Assembly (NCBI GenBank): GCA_051362555.1
Contig: CM120641.1
Location: 46,134,401-46,198,400 of the forward strand
Reading direction: 5' to 3'
Source: Lingula anatina
Lineage: Eukaryota; Animalia; Brachiopoda
DNA length: 64,000 nt
The translations under genes and the position numbers were made by a program. Shown here in pieces: positions 54,737 through 64,000 of this stretch. Under the pieces are notes generated by a model, which saw nothing but the letters and a program-made list of their open reading frames with translations, did not search any database and was not told the origin of the DNA. The first letter of the stretch is position 1, and each line of letters begins with the position of its first letter.

Positions 54737-57625
54737 ATGCCTTAGCACATTAATAGATAACCAAGTTAAACTCTGTACACTCTGGATACAGGTAATAAAA
54801 GTACTGCAAACTTTTTTTCTCCAACAGCAGTGTTTACCACACTTACCCACCCCACAGTCACAGCACAAACCTCACAGCATTTTGATAACTTTCATCCGGT
54901 GTTTACTAAATCTAACCATTTTATTTACTTCCATCTAATTTACATCTTCAAAGGTCTACATCACAGCACCTGACTTCTTCTTACCTTCTGCAGAAAACTC
55001 AATCACATATCCACCGTGCAGGGGGTCCAGAACTCTGGTCAGTGTGTCCCCCCTGTTGACTGCCCATCGCTTCTTCTTAATGACCCCCGGGCTGAGAAGT
55101 ACGGTCTTCCTTGGCTCTACCTGCTCCACCAGAAGCTTTGAGTAGTGGCTGAGGCCATATTGAGCAATCTGCAGTGGGTAGTAGTAGCCGCTGACATTCC
55201 ACTGGTTACAGACAGGAACATCTGGATTAACATAATCATCAACTGGATAATCCCATAAATCTAACTTATAATATCAAGTTAAATAGTTTAATCAAATGTA
55301 GCAATATCACATAAAATTATGTCCAGGTTTTGGCAACATGGGAGAGATGACCACGTTTTTCAATGTTCTTTTTGGCCAAAATATTCAGTTTTCCAAATTT
55401 CAATATAAAAGGACCAAATCTGCAAAAAAAAAAAAAAAACTGTTCCCTGAAGCAAACATTAAAGTCATAGTGGAAATATGAAATTGGATGATGTTTTATC
55501 AAGGTATTACGTCCTTTTTCAAAAATTTAATTCACATTTAACAATAACCTCACAATCAGATAATCTGATTTTAGATATTGACTTAGGCTACTTATATATT
55601 GATAGACTTGTAATGTCAATCTGTATATATATATAATCTGTATATATATATATATATATATTGTTATATGTGGTGGATATTTACAATGTACGTGGAACAA
55701 AAACCCAGTTAATGCATTTGCAGCATACATACATACAATTAGTGCATTCTAAACTAGTCATTTTACAACTTACGTTCTATGCCGCTAATACACTTGACTG
55801 TGTCGCGGTTCTCTACAAAATAATGGTCAAAATGCATGTACACCCCTCCTGTAGTATAGTTCTCCCTGGGTTTGGAGATCTTGGAGTAACTGTGAAGCCA
55901 TTGCAGCCTCCCACCTTCCTCTTCCTTCTCCAACTTCCCTGTGATCTGATAGAGAAAGAGACAGGAAATAACACATAATCTTTGTTTTTCCTATTTTTAT
56001 TTCTGTACATTGAACTTTAATCAAGATGTTTTTTTTAAGGGAATTAATATAGTTAAGATTGAGTTGTCTTTAGCATTTATAGTGAAAACTGAAAATGGTA
56101 GCATGCCAGGTACCAGTGTTGAATTGCGTGGCCTTCACAAGATTCAAGTGATGTCATAAAAGGACTTTAGACTAAATATTGCTCTAAATTTTAAGATACA
56201 AATTTGACTCCAAAAGTCAGAAGTTGTCCAATTAAAAAAGTGTCTGCATTATAAAAAGAAAGACTTGGCTCATGTTTACGCCATAAGTTATTTAATTTTG
56301 ATAGACTACAATCGATATATACTGACTAGTTTGTTCAAATACTTTAATGTAGACAAATATTTCCAGTCTAAAAAATTAAGAACAACTTAGGGTCCTATTT
56401 TTAAAAAATTTTTTTGAAAACGTCCCAGGGCATACTTACATCAAAGTAGTTCTGAATGAAGCTAAATGGTACAAAGACCTCCTCCTTCTCTCTACGACAG
56501 GGAATATCATATTCTGCATTAATATGACATTTTATTACTTTGTAGGCATTTTCTTTGACAGCAGTATTTTTGTTTTGAGATTCAAGGACATCAGTTGACT
56601 TAGTTTTGAGCCTGTTGGTCATCTTCCCAGACACACTGCTTAGAACCAAATCTTCTGTGGGGAGTTTTCTTTAATTAAGAAATAATGTGCAGATTAACAA
56701 GAATTGCATAATCTTCTGAAACAGTACTGTGCGAACAAGTGTGGGGATGGTTTCTATTATTGGCTCAAAGGCTAAACTATCAATAAATATTCTGTCCCAG
56801 TGTAACAAATTTTAGATTGAAAATTAACAAATTTGTTTTTTTTTGACTATATTTGAAACTCTGAGAGTTACTCCAAATCATTTTCTTTCACCATTTCCCC
56901 ACAAGGTTGCTATTTTTTCTTGTTTATCTGAAGTCAGTTAAGTGATGACTTTGCTCAATGTCTCAATGCTATTTAATTTTTGCTCAATGCTATTTAAACA
57001 AATTAGTTTGATAATTTACTGACAACTTTTCCCGAATTATTTACAAGTATCTACAAGTCCATACCGTTTCAGAAAAAAAAATTGCTGTAATTTCATTGGT
57101 CAAAGAGCTTGAATACTTATTGAAAAACGTCATTGTTAATCTAATATATTAAAAGCAGACACACTGATCAAAGTTTATATCATTTCTATCACTCAGAGAC
57201 TACCACATAATGTGTGCAAATCTGAATAACACTGCTTAGATTTAAATCTATTAAAGCAATTTTTTTATATGTTATGAATCACTTACATATTTGGTAACAA
57301 CACTCTTCCAAAAATTAAAAACAATAATAACAACTTGAAAATTTGACATTTCCTTAGTATAAATTATCCTCAACATATGGTAAATTTTCATACCAACACA
57401 AGACTACTGTACTTACATATCGGCAATAACTTATTTAATAACTTAATATATTTCTTACCTATCTAAGTTCTCAACATGGCCAACACTGGTTTCCAGCACC
57501 TGTTTGTTGCACCTCCAGCACTCATTGATGGAATAAATAAGCGCCACAATTGAAAATATTGGCAGCACGTACTTGCATGTTGGATTGCGTGGCCTGCACA
57601 GGAAGGACAGGCGTCGCATGGTCAT
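53539..57625 (-). CDS. GLCE: D-glucuronyl C5-epimerase. Coding exons approx. 57459-57625, 56440-56668, 55774-55944, 54986-55221, 53539-54539; probable non-coding exon near 58206-58290
   Basis: N-terminal signal anchor, then [109 protein letters not shown] and a terminal HN*. Confidence 0.97.
54673..54734. repeat. (TA)n microsatellite in the last GLCE intron
   Basis: About 30 uninterrupted TA units. Confidence 0.95.
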
Positions 57626-58038
57626 GTCTGAAATTTCTCAGACCTGTTGGTTTTCAGGTCTGGATGCAACAGCATATTGTGTAATACAAGCCTGAAATTA
57701 ATACAAATATTAATTAATTAATCAAATGCACATAGATTTAAATATATAATATAGATTTAAATCTAAGCAGTGTTTTTCAGATTTGCACACATTATGTAGT
57801 AATCTCTGTGTGATAGAAACGATATAAACTTTGATCAGTGTGTCTGCTTCTTAAATATATTAGATTAACAATGACGTTTTTCAAAAAACTTTCAAGCTCT
57901 TTGACCAATGAAATTCGGGCACTTAATTTTTTCTGAAACGGTATGGACTTGTAGATACTTGTAAATAATTCGGAAAATTTGTCAGTCAATTATCAAACTC
58001 ATTATTTGAATAGCAGAGACATTGATCAAAGTCATCAC
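56942..58038. repeat. Long inverted repeat, arms approx. 56942-57252 and 57749-58038, flanking the first coding exon of GLCE
   Basis: Examples: TTACAAGTATCTACAAGTCCATACCGTTTCAGAAAAAA vs TTTTTTCTGAAACGGTATGGACTTGTAGATACTTGTAA, and GCAGACACACTGATCAAAGTTTATATC vs GATATAAACTTTGATCAGTGTGTCTGC. Confidence 0.92.
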
Positions 58039-58593
58039 ATCACTGAATACAGCCAAGCAAGAAAAATTAGTGACCTAGTTGGAAAATACCACAAAAGTAA
58101 AAACAAGAGTTTCTGTGCAAAGGTGCAAAGGGGTAAGTGGGTGTTTGGATCACATTTTAGTTTTGCAAAAATGAAGAAACAAACAGTTCCAATAACACAA
58201 TTTACCTTCTTGGACCTTTACTCTCCCTGAAGTATCCTGAATACACTTTCAATCCGATTCAGCTTTGAGCCCATCCTCTCGTGATCGCAGTCATTGAGGG
58301 GGAATTCCGCATGCCAAAGCATGCCGTGTTTACAAGGCGGATAAGAGAGAGAGGGAAATAAGCGAGATCGATATTACTTGCGGTAGCTCCTCTTGGCATT
58401 TTTTTACCGTCGAGCACACCAGGGGCATGGCAGGCAAGGTGCTCGTTATTATTACTTTTCCTACTTTTGAGAACTGACAACATAAAATACGTTTTTGTTT
58501 TTCTTTTAGGACACAGACAAAAAGCAGATAGAAAGTGTCCTTGAGGTTGAAAAAAATTAAGCCAGCCTTTGAAAAATGAATAGCGTGTGATTT

Positions 58594-59192
58594 CCCAGCA
58601 GGCACACAACGTTGATTCAACGTTGAATCAACGTTGAATTTATGTTGAGACGTTGATAAACGTTGAATCAACGTTGATTCAACGACCATAATTCAACGTT
58701 GGCATTTCAACGTTGATTCAACGTTGATTCAACTACAACAAATTCAACGTTAGCATTTCAACGTTGATTCAACGTTGATTCAACGACAACAAATTCAACG
58801 TTGGCATTTCAACGTAGATTCAACGTTGATTCAACTACAACAAATTCAACGTTGGCATTTCAACGTTGATTCAACGTTGATTCAACGACAACAAATTCAA
58901 CGTTGACATTTCAACGTTGATTCAACGTTGATTCAACGACAACAAATTCAACGTTGGCATTTCAACGTTGATTCAACTTTGATTCAACGACAACAAATTC
59001 AACGTTGACATTTCAACATTGATTCAACGTTGACTTTTCAACGTTGATTCAACATTGACTTTTCAACGTTGATTCAACGTTGACTTTTCAACGTTGACAC
59101 AAACTTCCGTTTTCAAACATAAATTCAACGTTGATTCAACATTGAGAATCAACGTTGATTCAACGTTGAATCAACGTTGTGTGCCTGCTGGG
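58594..59192. mobile_element. Non-autonomous TIR element (CMC/EnSpm-like) filled with palindromic TTCAACGTTGA repeats
   Basis: TIR CCCAGCAGGCACACAACGTTGATTCAACGTTGAATCAACGTTGA (over 40 bp) and its reverse complement, with TT on both flanks (2-bp TSD). About seven internal ~51-bp tandem units. Confidence 0.85.
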
Positions 59193-59234
59193 TTATTCAT
59201 AGTAGGCCTCAACAATTTTTTATTCGTATTATGG

Positions 59235-59401
59235 CAGGCCCGTAGCCAGCAATGTCAAAAGGGGGGTTCTTTTTCTGAAAAAGTGGACCTTTTTCTTTAA
59301 AAACTTTATGTACCTAGATCAAATTTTACCCAGAGTGGACCTTTTCCCAGCAAAAAGGGTGGTTCTTTCGAACCCCCCGAACCCCCCTGGCTACGGGCCT
59401 G
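59235..59401. mobile_element. MITE with 15-bp TIRs and a 6-bp TSD (hAT-like CAG ends)
   Basis: CAGGCCCGTAGCCAG...CTGGCTACGGGCCTG flanked by TTATGG on both sides. Confidence 0.9.
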
Positions 59402-59872
59402 TTATGGTCTTCTCAAAATTTGTTTTTAAATATGTAGAAAATACACCGAGCTTTTCGTCACCTTTCACTTTACCAATCCACTAATTGCACATAGAATGTA
59501 TTTTCAAAATATTTTTTTGATGCAAAGGAAAATTGGCATAAAAGAAAATCGCCTATTTCGGTGTATTTTTTCATCACCGAAGCATTAGCATTAGCATTAG
59601 CCTACATAGCATTGTAAGTACATGCAGTTTGTTGATCATACTTATATTATCAGCTTGAAGAAATAATCTAATATGATCATTATCAAGTTGCCATAAATTA
59701 ATTCAGAATATTATTGTTCAAATAGAACATCACCGACGTCATTTTCGTATTATACGAATACACAATACCTCCTACCCTGCGTTCATTTAAAAGCGCATTT
59801 CCTCATTTGTATCAACTGTCTCCTGGTGAATGGTCTCTGGAATTAAGGTCAGCATCACCGTATTCAACAACT

Positions 59873-59905
<33 letters not shown>

Positions 59906-60388
59906 CCACAGGGTCCGCTTGTAGTATGTCACAAAATTATTGTTGTACTGGTAGGCCTACTTTCATTTTGCATATTATTTGAGTGGTCCCTGAGAGGTCC
60001 CTGATACCAAGGAGTTACAACTGTTGAAACTCCTTGCTGATACCAGAGGGTATTCATCAACAAGGTTTGATCATTGACTAAAATCTGGTGCAAGTTGTTT
60101 TATATAAGACTGAGAAATTCAACACGATATGATTCATAGGCCTACATTATTGACGTATCGCGTCTTTGTTCGCGTTAAAAACTTTTAAGTTAAAACTTCT
60201 AATTCCATGAATGGCGAACGTGGGCTTCATGCTGAAAATTTAATTTTAGCCCCCAGGCCAATTCCCCTAACTGAGCAAAATGTATGGCAGCATGGCAGAA
60301 TTTTTTGTATGTGCGTGTGTGTGTGTGTGTGTGCGTAAAGAAAGACACCCAATGCTGATTTTTCAGAATATTTCTCACATAGGGGAAA

Positions 60389-60551
60389 CAGGTGTAACAG
60401 GAGTGGAAGTCCTAGGAATGGAAGTCCATATGATTAGTACAGATTAGGATTAATTGGAGTATTGTGGTAAGTATATGGACGAATGTCATCTGTACAAAGT
60501 AATGGGAAGCGGACTACAGTTGCTAGCGGACTCCCATTCCTGTTACACCTG
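60389..60551. mobile_element. Small TIR element
   Basis: CAGGTGTAACAGGA...TCCTGTTACACCTG, with the imperfect inverted match extending inward (GTGGAAGTCC/GGACTCCCAT). No clear TSD. Confidence 0.7.
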
Positions 60552-60575
60552 GGCTACATGTGTAGTAGGTCCAGT

Positions 60576-61024
60576 GGGGCCGTAGCGATAGTCCGAAGGT
60601 TCAATAGTCCGAAGGTTCATTGGTCCGAAGGTTCAATGGTCCGAATGTGCATTGAAGGTTCATTGGTCCGAAGGTTCGATAGTCCGAAGGTGCATTGGTC
60701 CGAAGGTTCATTAGTCCGAAGGTTCGATAGTCCGAAGGTTCGATAGTCCGAATGTAGGCCCGCTGTATAAGTGTATAGTGAATTACATGTACAGGGGCGG
60801 ATCCAAGATTATTTGAAGGGGGTCCGCGGATGCAAAGCCCCCACCCCCCTTGGCGTAAAGGGCCCCGAAAATTGTTGGTGTCTCATAATGACCACCTATT
60901 TATCTAGAGACACATCTGTGAATATCTGTAAAAAATCTATCAGTCGCCCTGGTAGAGGGTTTAAAAGTTAGGTCTGCACGGGCAAAAATAACGTCAATAC
61001 TAGCATATTACATTAGTTAGGCTA

Positions 61025-61056
<32 letters not shown>

Positions 61057-63540
61057 AGATCTTAATGTTTTTCATGGGATTGGAAGTTGACGATATTTAA
61101 CTGCAAAGGTTTATTTTGTAAAATCAAATGGAAATTTTCTCACGAGTCACGAGTGTATCTACTTTTTGCATAGTACGTTTTTCTTCGTTTAAATGAATTT
61201 GTTACAAAGACAGCATTTTTGATGTTGTTCATCAGATTAGAAGTTTAACTGTTTTAGAATATTTCAACATGTTCAAACTGCCTTCTCACTTGTATTTTAC
61301 GTTTCATAAATAAATAAATGAATAAATAGGCCCACCGGGTTGATATGGCGTTGCCACATTTCTATTTCAGATTATAAACGTTTCAGCACCTTCAGTATTG
61401 CTGGGGAAGAGGGGGTGGAATTAAATATGTATTACTATTTGTGGATATTTGAGCATATTACTGTATTCTGATACAATTTTTATGTTTAAAGCCCTAGTAA
61501 GGGAAAAGTTTGTTTTCGTAAATGCTCGTAATTTTTGTTTATATGCCAAGTTTACACTCCAGTTAATTCATCCTCATCCCTATGAGTAATACAATACTGC
61601 TGGCGGAACGGCTGTTTTTTTTTTTTTTTTTTTTTTTTTGGGGGGGGGGGGGGGAGGGTAGGGGAGTGGGCTGTGCGAACAACAACATAATTTGTTTGGA
61701 AATGCAATTATTCTATAACTTTTACATAATTTAAGTAATGTGTAGGTTAGAAGAATTTGAGTTCTAATCATAGTATCTTAAGACATCGTAGGAAACTCAA
61801 ACTAATTGTAAAAGTGCTCTTGGATAGTTTGGATTGATGGACTGGTAAAGTCAGTCCAGGAAAAATGCCGTTTACCCGTGTGAAATTTGTTTTCTAAGGG
61901 AGTATGCGCCTTTTCAGAGCTTACCATACCTATACGGTAATAAATATCAGGTTGTAATTAAATCATTAATTAAGTGGGTCAGTACTAGCAGTCAGGCTAT
62001 TACTCAAAAGCCCCATGCCTGTACCTCGAGTTGATATCGGCATTTTAGCCAGGCCCACTACGTCAGATATATCTAGCGGTACCTGGTTCTAAAGATCTAA
62101 AGGTTTATAGGAATCTGTTGGTGGATCTATCGGCACGTAAATTTAACGAGACGTAAATCTATTGAGACGTGTATATCGGGACGAATATTTTATTAGGACG
62201 TTTATCTATATGGCGGACCCCAAAATCGCACGTCTCACTTGCGAGATCTACGAGATGCCAGTATGAAATGCCACGTACGGCCTAGACACTTACGATTTTA
62301 GATATTTTTCAAAAGCTTAGACAAAATCATAGAGGATACAGAGGATGTAAATCCTCCCATTTTTGCATGATATTGCACAGCCATTGCCTTCCTCTGCAAG
62401 GAATTTTCCTAAAAAGGGATATACGCGTAGTACATGGGCACGTTCAGGCTTCGCAAGGAGAAGGGGGTTTAGAGGGGGTTCTGACTCCGCCCCCTTCGGT
62501 TTCTGAAAAGAAACCACACTGATATGTCCCTCTTGACCGTACCAAATGGCACCGTTCGCTCTCTTAAATACCCAAAATGTCGAATCCCATTTAAACGGGG
62601 GGAGGGGGGGGGTCAGCTTTGCATCCGCGGACACCCCCTCCCTCTTTAAATGTTCAGGATCCGCCATTGGGAAGACAAATGCACCCGAGGCTTTTAATTT
62701 AAGAGAAAGCATAATGAACATGATATAATGTTACGGCTAATAACCGCAATCGGTCTCTAGAAAAACGGGACTCTCCCGCAATCCAAAAAATTTCGTAATT
62801 GAAACACCCGGTTTTTTCTTTTGAAAATAATCAGTTTGCGCTTAAAGGTAGCCTTGATGGAGCGTAAAACCACTTTTATCAGTTTCTTATACAATTCAAA
62901 AATAATAGCACAGGCCATTCGATTAAATGCCATTATAGGCGTCCTCTCATTTTATGCGTTCCAATCTTTATTCAATATTTCATGTGAAACATGTATGGTG
63001 TTCATGAGTTGGAAAGGGTAGCCACTGCATATCCCCAAACTTCCCCACATTGTAAAGAGTAGTTTACGGAAACAATACGACCTAGGCCTATATGGATAAT
63101 TTTCACGTGCGTTTCGGTCGCACTCAAAACGAAATGATAAAGATTCTAGAAGCTGAGTTCACACGAAAGTTAATCACCCCCTAGCAGCTCCAGGATTGCT
63201 AATCTGATTGCATACAGTGAGAATCCTGGTGGAGTTGGATCAATCTACGTAGAATGATAGTTTCGTTGGGAACGCACCCTTAGATTCCGTTTGTAATTAT
63301 AATTCTTAAAATCGAAGAACATCTTAAAATGTTTCGGACTATCGAACCTTCGGACTAATGAACCTTCGGACTATCGAACCTTCGGACTAATGAACCTTCG
63401 GACCAATGGACCTTTAATTTTCGGACTAATGAACCTTCGGACCAATGAACCTTTTTGTTGAAAATCTGATGAAAAATTTACGAATTTTCGGACCAATGAA
63501 CCTTCGGACCAATGAACCTTCGGACTATCGAGACGCCCCC
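60576..63540. mobile_element. ~3-kb non-autonomous element of the 15-bp-repeat family with non-coding internal sequence
   Basis: Left arm 60576-60752 (GGGGCCGTAGCGATAGTCCGAAGG plus about 11 15-mers) and right arm 63333-63540 (inverted 15-mers ending GGACTATCGAGACGCCCCC). Flanks GGTCCAGTG/GGTCCGGGG look like a degenerate TSD. No transposase ORF seen. Confidence 0.68.
60792..60951. mobile_element. GGCGGATCC-type MITE remnant; related inverted copy at ~62432-62669
   Basis: CAGGGGCGGATCC...GGGGGTCCGCGGATGCAAAGC matches the reverse complement of GCTTTGCATCCGCGGACACCCCC...GGATCCGCCATTG at 62616-62669. Confidence 0.55.
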
Positions 63541-64000
63541 GGTCCGGGGATACACTTGACCTTGTAGAGTATCGTATGTGACAGAATATTTGCACGACTT
63601 TGAGCATATTATATATGAAGGTATCACCACCGGGTTTATTGAACATTCGTGAACAGTTTCAATAACAACCTCTCACCTCCTCTCGCCTAAAATGAGCTAT
63701 ACCTGTTGTTATTTGCATAACAACAAAATGTTCATCTTAGTGCGAGCTGTCTTCCCGAATGCTCACTTGGTAGTAAGACAAAGTCGGTTGTAGAGGCAAC
63801 AGTATGTGTGGAGCAGTCAGAAGGTCGAGCTTTTATAAGGCGTGGAAGCAAATGTATGTTTGTGAGTATCACAATTTCTTCATCAACCACAGCCATTATA
63901 TATAGTACTTAAGGTGCAGAAGAATGAGAAAAATATTTACGACAAATATTTATGACATGATCCTTTTACTATATTTCCATTGTTACTTGTACATGTATGT

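Noticed and set aside
58678-59040. Regularly spaced repeats superficially like a CRISPR array
   Set aside because: The 'spacers' are themselves repeated, the context is eukaryotic with no cas genes, and the array is bounded by TIRs.
60483-60746. ORFs with repeated GSLVRRFDSPKV (also 63371-63646 and 40417-40614)
   Set aside because: They result from 15-bp DNA tandem repeats in transposon arms; there is no coding evidence.

Overview
AT-rich, intron-containing animal genomic DNA, probably a lophotrochozoan or mollusc-like invertebrate (inferred from gene content and repeat types). Manual exon assembly gives eight spliced protein-coding genes: EXO1 (-, runs off the window start), YIPF4 (+), MED17 (-), a ZP-domain membrane protein (-), FIBP (-), a Grindelwald/TNFR-like single-pass receptor (-), an SDS22-type LRR protein (+) and GLCE (-). 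Introns and intergenic DNA carry a Helentron/HINE-like non-autonomous family with satellite-like cores, several MITE families and a transposon cluster at 58.6-63.5 kb. The most notable observations are a ~300-bp inverted repeat bracketing the start-codon exon of GLCE, a Grindelwald-like receptor with a tight NF-kB site cluster upstream, a duplicated 'poison' splice acceptor in MED17, and a U12-type intron in EXO1. Exon coordinates were read by eye and may be off by a few bases. Homology calls rest on remembered protein sequences; no searches were run.
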